Source of the DNA: Podarcis bocagei
Taxonomy: Eukaryota
Length of the DNA stretch: 64,000 nt
NCBI GenBank assembly: GCA_964188305.1
Contig: OZ076885.1
Reading direction: 5' to 3' (one strand)
Below are positions 11,301 through 24,464 of the stretch, one piece after another. The notes under the pieces were generated by a model that worked only from the letters and a program-made list of their open reading frames with translations, was not told the DNA's origin and did not search any database. Position 1 is the stretch's first letter; each line of letters opens with the position of its first letter. The position numbers and the translations under genes are program-made.

Positions 11301-14253
11301 AGGTGGTGAGTTGCAGTCAATTAGAACATGCACTGCAACATTCATGAGGCTGATTCTGGTTCAAACCACCCAAATCTGCTTAACAACACATTCTTCCGCA
11401 TGAGGGATGTGAAAATTGTTCAATGGGCTGATCGTAAAACTGCATAAAATTGGTTCTTATACGGAGGGTGTTTACCACATGATGAAGCGGCCCAATACAG
11501 TATTCCCAAAAGTCCCTTCCAGTGCTATGGGGGTGGGGGACAGGAAGAAAGTGCCTTGATTGGGTAGTCAGGTGAAACAGAGGAAGGGAGCTCCTGCACC
11601 TTTAACAGTTGCATAGAAGACTGAATTTCAGCAGGTGCAAGCTGTCATACAAGCTGTATTTGCTCTTCTATGCATCTACTAAAGGTGCATGTCTCTTTTT
11701 CTCTCACCCAGCCAGCCAAAATTCAAACTATTAAAAAAATTGTTTATGAAGACAAAAAAAGTTATATGAAAACAAAAAGCTCTTCTGAGAGTGGGAGGTT
11801 GGTTGGTTGGGTTTTTAAATCTTCACTACCATCATATCAGACAATGTGGTGCTGCAGTTTCAGGAACTGTATGTTCAGAAGCCCACTGCTACATGCACAT
11901 ATAATTGGATCCCATTAAGTATTCTGTTTTTCATATAAATATAATGAATACAACTTTGGAATCATTACTTCCCATCTGAGAAGCTTATGGCTGCAATCCT
12001 ATGTGCACTTACTTGAGATTAAGCACCACTGAACAAAGCGGAACTTATTTCCAAGTAAACATGGCTAGACTTGATCTGCACAAGTATGTGAGATTATTTG
12101 GAGGATTGCGAGTGCTGCTGCTTTGTTATTCCAATAATTTTCATCATCCTATCCTTGGTATATAGCAGAGTATTTTGAAGGAAAGAGTATCAACAGTATC
12201 TCCAACCTTCTCTTATTTCCATGGTGATGACACTGTCTGAATGTTGTGACAGCCAACCTGTTTCAGAATCCCTCAGAATTTATGGTAAACTGTACAATGG
12301 TGTCATGCATGAGATTAAAAAATAATAATGAAGTTTGTAATGCTAGAGAGTTTTGTATAGTAAAACTCAACAAATAAACATTAAAAGCCACTGGATAGAC
12401 ATGGGCTGATTTACTATAAGAGTTTAAGACAAAATAACACAATCAACGGTGAAGATGAAAGAAGGAGGGAGTAAAAGTGCATAGCATGAGGAACTTCATC
12501 CTAAAGAAGGAGAGAGGGAGGAGGATGGGAAGAGAGTCCAAGGAAGAAGGAAGGGATTGGGGAAAGCCCACAGCTACAAAGTCTTGGCACTAAGAGTAAT
12601 AATCGCTCAATAGTAATTTATTTGGCCAAATCAAATAAACATTGTCTGAACTTTGCATTTAGTCTTTATTTAGAATTATTGCAACCATTGCATCCCAAGT
12701 CCCAAGAAATGGGGAGTCCCAAGGCTGAGAGAATGTTCATCCTGTCATGTACTACCAAGCAGAAAATGGAAATACTAGACCCCCTGATTTTTTATAGTAT
12801 ATCTTCATCCTGGTCTGGCTTTTGCACTCATATTCCCTGTTCCAGTACTATGAGACTACTTATGTAGGATATACAGTATTACAATTAGAGCAGCCTCACT
12901 TTTGTTCAGGGAAGCTCTATGTCTTTAATGGCTATGGCTTTTTCCAGTATGGAAATGCAGCAGTTGGAAAGCAACACGATTGGAATTTGAATGTCATGCA
13001 GTTGTTAAAGGCATCCCTAATAATAAATGCAGTTCAATCCAATGTATGTTTACTCAGAAGCTTCCAGGCTGCAAGTGTCTGCATGCCTTCAGAACTGAGC
13101 AAAATATCTTCAGCATCCCAGAGCCAAAGGCAAAATGAGAAACCTGCCCAGAAAGTCCACAGAACTCAACTGAACTTTTTAAATTTTCCACATAAAATTC
13201 CAGATATACCTGTGATTGGAGCTGTTCTAATGCAGAGAAAACAGTGAATGGGCACCACAAAACCACATCCTCAAAAATTATTTCCCCAGTATCTCCGACA
13301 TTAGCCTACTGTGTTTGTGCACGCATTAAAATAAAAGCAACATATTTATGCCACTTACTAAATTTTACATGCTGCTTCACTCTTTAGAGATAAAGATACT
13401 CTCATTTAGAAAATGAGTGATAATGTTTTTTTCCAAATTGCACTCCTGTCCCCTGTATATGAAATTGTTTTCCTCATCCAAGCAACTAAAGATGGCAAAA
13501 TGTCCTGAAATATCTTTGAACCACCATTTGTAAATACTAAATGACAACAGAAATTATCCACTCCTTTATAGATTTCAGCCTGCCATTTTCTCCATGCAGA
13601 ACCTTTGAGATGAGGACTTTGTTGACTGCAAGAAAAAAAAAGGTATAAAAGGAGAATTCCCTAGATGGCAAGATTCAGGTTTGGGGAAAGTACTCTTCAG
13701 TGAGAGAACCCAAGCAGAGTTTTAAAAACACAAAATATGGAGCAAAGTAAAGCATGGAAATATAGCCAATTAGACCTTTAAAATATGTTCATATGAGTTG
13801 CAAAATGCTCCTCTTCCCCAATATAGGAAAATACCACATGTCTGATAAGTTAAAAATTAGGTTACTTACAAACTCTTCAAAGGTCTGGTTCATGTGCTTT
13901 TCCATATAGCATTCAGAAAAAGTTGCACAGACAACGAAACTTGACTTAGTTACAGTGGTGAAAGTTCCTAAATTATTGATAGGGGAACTCAAGAGTTGCT
14001 TTTAAGAGTCATTCAGCTAAACTGAAGTAACCAGTTTAGACTCTTCACATGCTAAGCTTCTCAGATAGACTAAGGGGAATAAAGTCTTGATTACCTACTC
14101 TTTCCCAAGCTGAGCTACACCTGCCAGGACAGCTAACTCTATGGTCTTAACCCCTTCATGCATTAATTAGACTTAACCTTGTTGGTTATAGGAGGCTGGT
14201 TAGCCCACAGATTTTAGGCTGAGTCTGACTTTTCAACAACAAAGGGCCACATA

Positions 14254-14256
<3 letters not shown>

Positions 14257-14314
<58 letters not shown>

Positions 14315-14319
14315 TGTGT
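14257..14319. repeat. compound (TC)n(TG)n microsatellite
   Basis: direct reading. Confidence 0.95.
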
Positions 14320-14474
14320 TTAGATACAAAAAATACATATTTAATGCTGCCAAAATATTTTTTTAATTGAGTTGCATAACTAATGCATGTATTTAAAGGA
14401 CAGCAGTCTTCAACTGTTTGGTTTCAAACAAACTATATTTCCCCCTGCCCTAATTTTCTTTTTCTTTTTTTAAG

Positions 14475-14654
14475 CAACCACACAACATCCTCCAGAGACG
14501 GTTGATGGAGACAAACATGTCCAGGTTGCGCCACAACCGGGGCAGCTGCTCTCAGAAAAACGAACTCTCACTCCAGACAAATAAACTGAATCAAATGAAA
14601 CTGGATGGCCCAAAGAAAACAGAGCAAGAAGACCTCATCTTGGTGTGTTGCCAG
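14475..14654 (+). CDS. NRIP3: NRIP3 coding exon 2 (QPHNILQRRLMETN...LILVCCQ)
   Basis: polypyrimidine tract + taag| acceptor, cag|gtatg donor, 180 nt phase 0/0, peptide continues NRIP3. Confidence 0.95.
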
Positions 14655-15225
14655 GTATGCTTCATGGGCCTACATTTGATATTTCAGCCAGTCTTCCACT
14701 ACAATGAGAATGCTGCACCCAATTCCCTATGTGGCTGAACCCAAATACAGCCAAAGCTTTATGCGGCAGCAATATCTGTGATCACAGCAGCATTTTTAAG
14801 AATCCGTTGTGACCATGGGGGATCATTCTTAGTAGCTGCATCGGTCGCCACAGTGTGTGGTGGAGTTACATTTCATGTTTGCTGGATAAATACATGCCTG
14901 GAGCCATCATGTGGAGGAAAAAATGCACAGTGTGAACCAAGCCATACGTAAGATAGGCAGATAAAATTGATGAGATTATGAAAAGCATATCCTGGCTGAT
15001 GGAATACTGAACTTGAATGAGTGTTCACATGTAAAGCTGGAGAATGAATTTCTTCAAGAGTAGAATTAGTAACTGAGAAATCAGCCCTCCACTGGTGATA
15101 CAAAAAAAGGGTTCCACAGATAGATCACAATGGGGGGGGATTGTTTCCAAAATTCTACACTACAGCACAAATAAAAATTGAAGCTGTCAGTTGATTCTTT
15201 CAAATATTCTGTTTTGCCCCAACAG

Positions 15226-15308
15226 TGCGCTGGGAAGGAACTGCAAGTTGTGGTTGATACTGGATGTCAGAGCAATATCATATCATCTGCATGTCTGGAG
15301 CGACTAGG
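15226..15308 (+). CDS. NRIP3: NRIP3 coding exon 3 (CAGKELQVVVDTGCQSNIISSACLERLG); contains aspartyl-protease DTG motif
   Basis: aacag| acceptor, gg|gtaag donor, 83 nt; DTG at 15256..15264. Confidence 0.95.
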
Positions 15309-15633
15309 GTAAGGAGTTTGTTTTCTAGACTGTTAGTTAAAAGCATGTAACAGTGTTCATTTGACCTCACTGCTGCACACCAAGATGGACAGGGGGAAGG
15401 GAGCAGGTCACTCCTCCAGTGGGAGTGCCAGATCTGCTTCACTAATGCATTTGCACTGTGCTGACTTGGCGAGCACGCTTCTTTACCTTTAAGAGCTGGA
15501 CGGCAGACACAAATTTCACTGGGGATGTTCTTTCCCACACCAGGAAACTGAGTACTTGTTGAATTTCTATCTGTTGCATAACTTTTAAAGGTAAAGGACT
15601 GCCAGACAAAAAGTTGACAATTTTGTTCTAGAG

Positions 15634-15769
15634 CAGGCATAGGCAAACTCCGGCTCCCCAGATGTTTGGGACTACAATTCCCATCATCCCTGACCACTGG
15701 TCCTGTTAGCTAAGGATGATGGGAATTGTAGTCCCAAACATCTGGAGGGCCGGAGTTTGCCTATGCCTG
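15634..15769. mobile_element. hAT-type palindromic MITE
   Basis: TIR caggcataggcaaactccgg; near-perfect ~60-bp arms; 8-bp TSD ttctagag at 15626..15633 and 15770..15777. Confidence 0.92.
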
Positions 15770-18208
15770 TTCTAGAGTGAGTTCTCATTCAACAGGGAAA
15801 GGCTGTAGCTTGGAGGTGGAGATGTTTTACATGCAAAGGATACCTTGAGTCTTAAGAAGGGCAGGAAAGACTCCTGTCTGAAACCCTAAGAACATCAGAA
15901 AAACTTCGGTCTATGGTCATATCCAGCAATCAAGTCCAGGATTCATTTCCCACAATGGCCAGCTATATGCCTATGAGAGGTTCACCAACATGATGTAAGT
16001 GCAATAACACTCTGGGCACCTATTGCCAGCTAGTGCAGACCAGGAATGCAGAACTTGTGCCATCCCAGATGCCAATGGGAATTGCAGTCCAACAATGTCG
16101 GGGTGGTGGTGGCACAGGTTCCCCACTTCTGAACTAGGTGGTAACAATGCTGAACTAGATAGATCAAGGAACTAGATGGGCTTGGGATAAGGCAGTTTCC
16201 TAGGGTGTTGCAACTTGAAAGTAGGTTTGCCAACTTTTCAAACTGGTTACTGTAACTGTGTTTTTAACAGCAGTGATATGAAAATATTAGCAAGCCAGGA
16301 AAATCGTCTCTATACTTTGAGCTTCACCAAGTCTACCTTCTGCCCACCTTCTGCTTTGAGAATAACTTTGTGTCTGTGGCTATGGTGCTTTGGATCCCTC
16401 TCTACAACTGTGTCCAAAAGAGGGAAAATGTTGTCTGATGTTTGTAGTTGGAATTACTTTTCGGAGTGTATCTCATGTTAAGTTTCTCATAAACATCTTG
16501 TTACAGGAATACTGATCAAACAATGGGGGCAGTCAGATGCAAATGAGGTTAAAAGCTGTATCTGCAGAAATTCCCTCTTCTATACAACTATTAAAAGTGC
16601 AGGAGATCTGCCCTCTATATCACCTGCCTGGCCACTCTAAAACCAATTGCTAGGAGGCTGAGTTGCCTGCTTTTGACCTGGCCCCTGCTAAGCTGCCTTT
16701 AACAGCTGTTTGATCTGCAACAAATTAGCAGATGATGATGTGTGTTTCCATCTTGTGAAAAACTTGCTAATTCCTGCTTTTCAAGATGCTATGAAAGAGA
16801 CAAGAGCAGGTCAGGCCCATTTCTTTTTCTCTGCCAGCTGGCAATCCACTCAGATGCATTGTTTGGTATGTCAGCAGCTAAAATCCATGTTGCTAATTGC
16901 AAAGGTGATGATAGATGTCTTTGCTAATTATTTATAGCTGTTAGCTTGTATTCCTCCTTTTTAGATATGATATTGTCTATTTTTTCTGATTGTTACGGCC
17001 TTTGGCTGCATGACATGATGTTGATTGAATTGATAAAAGGTTTATTCTGTTTTACTGTTAATCTTAACATCCTTCGAATTCAAGTCTTCTACCAGTGCAC
17101 CAGTCAGAGGTGGGACCACCCTAGTCATTTAAGAAGGCTCCTCCTCTCTTGAATGTCATACCATTTGGTGAATTTTTTCCTTTAAAAAATGAGCAAAGTA
17201 GTGTGTTGCAGTGTGGAGTACTCTTGTTCAAGGTTTGGGGCAGCCATCTCCTTGCCCAAGATACTCAATTTTATCCCCCACCTCCCTTGTTCTGCTTCCC
17301 ATCAAAACAAACGCAACATCCTATGGGCCCTGAGCATTGGACCCTCCCTTAGGCTTTTCTCTTGTTTCTTTTTCTGTATTTTTGCAAATGTTGGGAGTTA
17401 TTTCAAGCTTGCTGATACCTCTCTTGTGTGTGGATGGTGCTATTTTGGCTAAATAAAGAGCTGTATGCAGATTATTAGTTTGTTATTGGTATAGGATGAG
17501 TTCTCTGAAGGTCATGCACTCTTCCTCCTAACTGAGTCTTAATTTGCCTATATATTAATTTGCATATATATTAAGTTCAACCCTTGGACTTAAGCTGAGC
17601 CATTTTCAGTATCAGTGCCCTATCTTGAAACATGTGAAATACAAATGAAAGAAGTGCCTCTGAGCACATAAGGAGTGTGTAAGCCTTGCCACAACCCAGC
17701 ACATGAATGTGGGCCTTTGTCAGAAGAGTTTTTATATTCAGTTGTTGTGACACAGTGGGGAGAGTTGAACTCCAGTCTGCTCTAATTTTTGAAATTATCT
17801 TAAAACCTTGTGGGCTCAGACTGTGCAATCTTAACTTGTGCCAGGGAAATTGGAGCCTATATTTCTTTGGAAGGAAGGAGAGGGAACATTGAATGTAGTA
17901 CTCGCCATATGGTGATCTGTTCTTTAGCCATGTATCTCAGCCAGAAGTACTGTCTACCAACCAGGGCAGCACAGAGCGTGCTTCCATGCCAACACACTGA
18001 TAAATGTTTAAACTTTAGCTAACCAAATGAGATCTTCCTTGACAAGGCAATAAAAATTAACATGGGTTCATACACTGACTTGTTTAACTAAAAGGCAGGC
18101 ACGAGTGCATTGCAATCAGTGCCCATGTCATAGAAGCATTCATATCTCCTATAAGCAGATCTTAATAATCTGAAGCATAGAAGATGGGGCCCAAACTAGT
18201 TGTCTTAG

Positions 18209-20042
18209 GACTTCCGGGTTGGCGCGATCGGGAAATGGCGGATTCCCTCCGAGCTCCGGAGGGAATCGGCTCAGCGGTGGATGGGTCTTTGCCGTGCCGG
18301 CGACACGGGGACCCTTAAAAACCGCAGGCGCGGAAGCCTGCGGACTGAAGACTCGGCGGGTGCCTTAAGCGCCCCCCCTGATTCGCAATGAGCCTTTTTA
18401 AAGGCTACGGAGGGGATACAGGGGACGGCGTGGCACTGAGAGTCGATCGCTACCGCCGCTGAGCGAAGCCGCGAGCCATAACCGGAGAGCGCTGACTTCC
18501 TTCCTTGAAATTCGGACTGAAAAAAGAACCCGTGAGTAATTTGGAACTGAACTTTAAAACTTTTACCTTTTGAATTTGAGACGACCGGGGGGTGTGCTAA
18601 AAGGAAGTCCCCACACCCCCCCTTGCAGACGATCCAGAGCAAAGAAATAAGAACTAAGCTGGAGTGCCTACCCTGTAAAGGGTGAGTCTTAAAAAGTCAG
18701 TAACTTCCAAGATTTAGAAAGGTAAATTTGAGCAGGAGAGTGGAGTGTTGGAAGAGTCTTTGTTTTGTGGTAAACAACCCTCCCTCCCGGGCCCGGGAGC
18801 GACCTGATTTGGAGCCTGTATAGAGGAGCAGAATTTGACAGCTGTCAAAAGCTGTCAAATGGACTATTAATAGTGAAAAAAATTGCTGTTTAAGACCTCT
18901 CCGGATTAAAAGGAGTTACAATTGAACTAAAATTTTGAGAAATAAAGAAACAATAATAGGACAGAGGATTGTTGGAGAAAAGGTTACTCAGTAACCAGAT
19001 TCCCTCTAGGGGGAATTCTGTGGAATTACAATGGCTGTGGGTGGAAAGATACTGAGAGAAATCGAAAGAATGTTCTCACTGGTGGGAACCCTACAGGAGC
19101 AGACTACAGCTATGAGTAAACAATTGACGACCTTGGATTTGGAAACAAGTAGTTCTGCTGAAAGTAATGAGGGCCTGAGTGAGAAAGAACCCACAGCTGA
19201 ATTTGAAACAATAAACAAAGAAGAGGAGAAGACAAAACAAGAAAGAGAACAAGTTATCTGGGAAAGTACTAACCAGAAGCCGGCATCTGGAGAACACAAG
19301 CAAGGAGACTATTGGATTAAATCCACTTTAAGCCTACGAAAGATACAGAAGATGAAAGTGGAGGCCCTGGGACTTTATGGAATTCAGGAGCTCGAAATAA
19401 AGAAGTACAATTGGGGCCTCCACATAGACTTTGATTTTGACTATCAGCAAGACTTAGGCCTTGTGGAAATTCCTCAGCAGTTGCCTTTAAATATGGGAAG
19501 AGACTATGGACTGATTGGATTGATTGTTAAGGAAATCTTTCGAGACTCGATGATAGACAAAAAGGACTACCAACAAAACCGGCGGAGAGGGACTAAAAGA
19601 GAATTGAGAGCCTCGGATATCCGGAATCCAGGCTAAAAACTGTTAATTTGGACATGTCTTGGGAAAGGACGCAAAGCGGGGAGGGGAGGGAGGGAAGTAT
19701 CAAATTTAAACAACACTCAAGACCAGGGGGTTTAGTATTAAGAAAATTATGTAAGAAAAAAATGAGAAATCGAGGGAAGAGAATTGGGGTCCAACTTAGG
19801 GAAAATTTATTTTTGTTTATTATAAAAGGACTAACATTAAGATGGAAGAAATGCCAACTTGCTGACATAAGTTTGGGAATAGGGATGCAGGGGAGGGTGT
19901 GGGGGGAAGTCAAGGACTAGGGTTAGAAAATAAGATTTTCGGGAACTATCCATGTTTGTTGTTTTTTATGTTTGTTTTGGTGTGTTGTTTGTGTTTATAT
20001 AAAATGTGAAAACCCAATAAAAATATTTAAAAAAAAAAAAAA
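18209..20042 (+). mobile_element. complete non-autonomous L1-type retroelement (CpG-rich 5' end, one 201-aa ORF, no ORF2, polyA tail)
   Basis: starts gacttccgg..aaatggcg; AATAAA 20016, A-tract 20029..20042; 17-bp TSD caaactagtt(g/a)tcttag at 18192..18208 and 20043..20059. Confidence 0.8.
19031..19636 (+). CDS. element-encoded ORF, possibly ORF1-derived with coiled-coil-like N-terminus
   Basis: 201-aa ORF inside the TSD-bounded element; E/K-rich heptad-like first half; no clearly recognisable RRM. Confidence 0.4.
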   Translation: MAVGGKILREIERMFSLVGTLQEQTTAMSKQLTTLDLETSSSAESNEGLSEKEPTAEFETINKEEEKTKQEREQVIWESTNQKPASGEHKQGDYWIKSTLSLRKIQKMKVEALGLYGIQELEIKKYNWGLHIDFDFDYQQDLGLVEIPQQLPLNMGRDYGLIGLIVKEIFRDSMIDKKDYQQNRRRGTKRELRASDIRNPG

Positions 20043-21660
20043 CAAACTAGTTATCTTAGAGACTGCCTGCCAAGTAAAAGGATTGCTGTTCTGAATTCTT
20101 TGCATGGAGGGTGGGATACAATTTAATTAGCAAGCACAAAATACACATTAAGTAATTGCAATGTACTTTGCAGAAAAGGGCTATGGAAATTATTAACAAG
20201 TTAATCAGAATATTTAACGATGGCAAATTATATAAAGGACTGGGCGTCTTAGCTATCGGAACTGGTCATACACTGTAGTATATTTAACTTGTTGGAAGAT
20301 CAAAGGAAGAAAAAGTTGAGGAAATGGATAGAGCATTTTTCTCGTCTTTTGCTCTGATCCATCTAGCTCATTTAATAGATAGGAGAATGGGTTCTTCAAA
20401 GTAACCGTATCAAAGTGCCTTTAGCATTGACTCATCTCTGCATAGGTCATAAATCAGTCACTGATGACTCATGTTGCAAAGCAGTGCAGTAGAAAAATAC
20501 CACAAAGGAGGCACAAATGAAAGTAGGTTCTCATGGAAAATGAAAGGAATTATAGCTGTTGGACAGACTGTTTTTAAAAAAAACAAAAAACCGTCAGTCC
20601 AGTACAGGCACACTGTTAGGACAAAGCTAAGAGTGAGGAGGGAAGAATAGCAAGCATTATGGAATTGTGAGTTCCCTCAGAAGTACTTGGTTTGACCCTA
20701 TGGAATGTCACAAATCCACTGAGACACTGTCTCCTGTGTAGGCCCCACTGAAAGAAAATGAAAAGGAAGGATTATGTAAGAGCGCAGCCAATAGTATGTT
20801 GTGATATCAGAAGCATTTTTTTTAAAAAAACCCTTTAAAAAATAAATAACTAAATGTTTAAATAATCAACATTTTAAATGTAACATCTAATTTTAAAAGA
20901 TCCCCGAGATGTATACATTTCCCCAGCTCTCTCTGTCTCATCTAATCGCCTGCCTAATTCCATCATGCTCAGCTTTTCTTTTCCCTATAGAAACTCTGCT
21001 CTGGTCATCCTAGGAAGGTCCAAACATGGTGGTTGCCCATAACCCTGTTTGGATGCTGTTAGAGCATGGCTGAAAGCATGGGATGCAGCCCTGGAAGAGA
21101 TTCATTATTCGAGGATACCTCTAGAGATGCTGCAGGAAAGTGGGTGTCCAGAACGCACCATCCCGACCTTGTCAATTATGTAATGGGGCAAGAAATTAGC
21201 ACAGACTAAACTCCCCAGTGGGTTTGATCCGCAGGGATTAGATATCCTATCCGAGCTCATCCAATTGCTGTAATAAGCACAGTGATGAAAATGCCCTAAG
21301 AGAAAACAAGTCTAAGAAACAGAGGGAAGAATTCTCATTTTTAGCTGGATGGTAGTTCTGGTAGATCAGAAAAATTGCTAGACTCTTCTTGAGCACTCCC
21401 CAGACGTGGTCTTGGTTTAGCGTAAAGAGGGGGCATGTAAGAAATGAAAAGAATCGAAATAATCCTCAAATGTTACTTGACAGAGCAGTAGAACATTGTG
21501 TATTAGCGAAAGACAAAAGGCTTGCCAGGTTTTAATGTCTTACTAATTTGTTCCTTTTTCCCACGAGTCAGGCTAGCACAATCTGCCACTGAGCAAAAAC
21601 ATCCGTGCTTTCTTCTTTCTCTGAAAGTGCCCGTTGTCACCCTTGTTGTTCATATGAATT

Positions 21661-22002
21661 TTAGACATATTGGCACAAAGAATAAGATGTAACCAAGAAA
21701 TTAAAAGTATAAGAGTGGTACCGAGACAATATAAATTAAAAGCATTTGCAGACAATGTAGTGATATCTGTAGAAGAACCAACAGAGTCAATCCCGAAAGA
21801 ATTACAAGAGTTAAAAAAGGGGGGATGCAGCAGGATTTAAGATTAATAAAGACAAATCAAACTCTTGATAAAAAATATGAATGATGAGAACAAAAATTAC
21901 AAGATGTGTCAGGACTAAAGATTGAAAGAAAGGTAAAGTATCTAGGTGTATAGTTAACAGCAAATAATATAAAGCTGTATAAAAATAATTATTTATCTGT
22001 AT
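21661..22002 (+). mobile_element. degenerate L1 ORF2 reverse-transcriptase fragment
   Basis: translates to ILAQRIRCNQEIKSI..YKLKAFADNV..AGFKINKDKS..KVKYLGV*LT..LYKNNY with frameshifts. Confidence 0.85.
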
Positions 22003-22124
22003 CAGATACTAATTACAGAATAGGAATGACTATGCTCAGTTCCAGGATACAACACAACACAAGTACTGGCATCCTAAAATGAACAAACTCCAGACGTAAA
22101 CCCAGTGACTTTTTCCTTGTGCAG

Positions 22125-22264
22125 ATTAAAGGAGCACATGAAACCCTTTAAGCCCGAAGGTGAGAAGATTTCATTGCCACACAGTATGAAAGTGATTGGC
22201 CACATAGAACACCTGGTTCTTACCATGGGGACTATTCACGTGGACTGTTCAGCAATTGTGGCAG
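22125..22264 (+). CDS. NRIP3: NRIP3 coding exon 4 (LKEHMKPFKPEGEKISLP...DCSAIVA)
   Basis: ttttccttgtgcag| acceptor, g|gtgag donor, 140 nt, phase fits exon 3 (gg+a = Gly). Confidence 0.95.
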
Positions 22265-22719
22265 GTGAGTGTTCAGGCAGGTTAGATGCCATACAAGTAT
22301 AGTACTTGTCAAACCTATTTTTGTACATTATGGTGCAATTTGTAAGTTTATTTGGTAAACAGGTTTGGGAGGCTTTTGACTTGTTTCTAAAATCTGTTGG
22401 GATTGAGATTACAAAAATATGTTGTGGTTGTACCCTGAGAAGCCAAACCACTCTCAATTCACTGTCAGTTCCCCCTTTTTTAAAAAAAAATCTATTTGGT
22501 TGGATTCAGACTGAATTAGTCGAGCTTAGGGGAGTTAGTGTGGCATACTTGGTTAGAGTATCTTTCACCATGACTACTGGCTCTGCAGGTTAGGGCAGAT
22601 GGAAGCTGCAGTCTAGAAGCATCTGGAGGACATCAGGTTAGGGAAGGTGGGCTAAAACAGTCTTAGCCAACCTGGTGCCCTCCAGCTGTTTTGGACTATA
22701 ACTCCCATTAGAGCTGTTA

Positions 22720-22895
22720 AGCATGTTGGACTAGGACTGGGAAGACAGGTTCAAATACCCACTCAGCCATGAGGTTAACTGGATGGCCTAGGGTCAATCA
22801 CTGCCTTGCAACGTAACAGGGTTCTTGTGAGGATAAAATGGGATAAAGAACCATGTTTGCTTTCCTGAGATCCTCAGAGGAAGGGTAGGATATAA
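22720..22895 (+). mobile_element. MIR/CORE-like SINE remnant
   Basis: ggactaggactgggaagacaggttcaaat...ggttcttgtgaggataaaatggg pattern. Confidence 0.55.
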
Positions 22896-24210
22896 ACTCT
22901 TTGTAAAAGGAAAACGCAAAAGCCTTACTTGCCACTGATTTCGATGAAAACTAACCAACATTAATTCCAATCCTCTAAGTGCAACTAACTCACTCTGGAC
23001 CCAACCCCATTGGATTAAAGTGACTCACAGTGGAAGGACCCATCCTCAGTAATGGAACACATGCTTGGAATGTACGAGAACACAGCTTAAATCCCTACTT
23101 CCTCAAGTTTAAAAGGATCCTTGGAAGTCTAATTGAGAAAACTCTATTTAGCCTCACTGTTGCCTCTGGTCAAAAACAGTTTGTAGGTTTCTGAAACAAT
23201 ATGAAGTCCTGCAAAACCCATTTACCAGAGATGAAAGTGGGATAAGTACATATACCAGACGTTGAAATTCCTTTTTCCAATTGCCTTTTAAAACTATCTT
23301 TCAGCTGCCTCCAGCGAGCTACTTTATAAGTTCAATTTCACACATTTCTATGTGAAGTTAAGCTTGTGCTTTGGACAGGAATGCTTTGGGAACTGACCAA
23401 GAAGGGGATTATAGTTAGTACCTTGTTTTTCCTAGCTTAATTTGGGCATGCAGAATCATGTTCTCTTAGAACAAGTGAAAGTATTAAAGTTATTAAGCAC
23501 CTCTCAATATGCTTTTCCTGCACCATCAAGTAATGATAATCAGACTACAAAGTTCTGGGATTAAGCGGCAGAGTTACAAACTCAGAGTATAATTTATATA
23601 ACTGTATTAGAAATATCTATATATTTATTTGGATAATAAGTATATATGAGTATATATGAATTGAAATTTTTAACTGTTAAGTGTCATAGTGATATACTAA
23701 ACCCTAAAATAAATAATAATAATAGAGTATTATTTCCAGGCAGTACTGGCACCTCTCATGTATAAATGACAGCCTTTACAATTCTAAATTTGGCTCAACA
23801 GAAACTACCCTGAGACCACTAAGAATTCTTTACCATCAGCAATGATTTCTTATCACTGTTCTACAGAGGAATCAATTCAGTGACTTAGATATAAGGAAAA
23901 GGTCACAGAAAGAATGGTTACTTGCATGAAAAGAAAATTCAGAAAAGAAATTAATACATCCTTCAGCACTATTGATTAATACTTGGCTTCACAGAACAAG
24001 CAAAGGATTAGATTTACATAGTGACTGAACTATTAAGAAGGGTAAAGTTGAGGGAAGAGCAGGTTCTTCTCCAGCTGCTTTAGACAAATTGAGTTGGCAG
24101 GGACCCCTCCACCGCACTAACACATCTCATGGAAATATGAGCTCGTGTATGTGTTAGATTGATTCATCATACCATTTTATCTATCTGAACATGTTTCTCT
24201 CCCTTTCCAG

Positions 24211-24263
24211 AAGATAATGATAAAAACTTCTCCCTGGGGTTACAGACACTGAAATCTTTGAAG
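24211..24263 (+). CDS. NRIP3: NRIP3 coding exon 5 (EDNDKNFSLGLQTLKSLK)
   Basis: ccctttccag| acceptor, aag|gtaaa donor, 53 nt; SLG segment of the protease fold. Confidence 0.93.
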
Positions 24264-24369
24264 GTAAAACTCTGTTCCCCTCCCAACTTTTGGTATCCCC
24301 TATTTTCTTTTACTGAGGTGATCTTAACCTGTTGTCTAATTTGTTTTCTTATATTCCCTCTAATTTTAG

Positions 24370-24464
24370 TGTGTGATAAACCTTGAAAAGTATCACTTGA
24401 TCTTGGGGAAGACAGACAGGGTAGAAATTCCTTTTGTCATTAATGCCTCTGTACACGAAGAGAA
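24370..24464 (+). CDS. NRIP3: NRIP3 coding exon 6 (CVINLEKYHLILGKTDRVEIPFV...)
   Basis: ttttag| acceptor, aa|gtgagt donor, 95 nt. Confidence 0.93.

Noticed and set aside
11989-12080. short imperfect hairpins recurring at several sites (also ~35325, ~39125, ~60910, ~62738) as possible ncRNA genes
   Set aside because: dispersed degenerate copies of a common palindromic repeat; no tRNA/snoRNA hallmarks
12822-13247. 141-aa intronic ORF
   Set aside because: non-ATG start, no recognisable motifs or splice support
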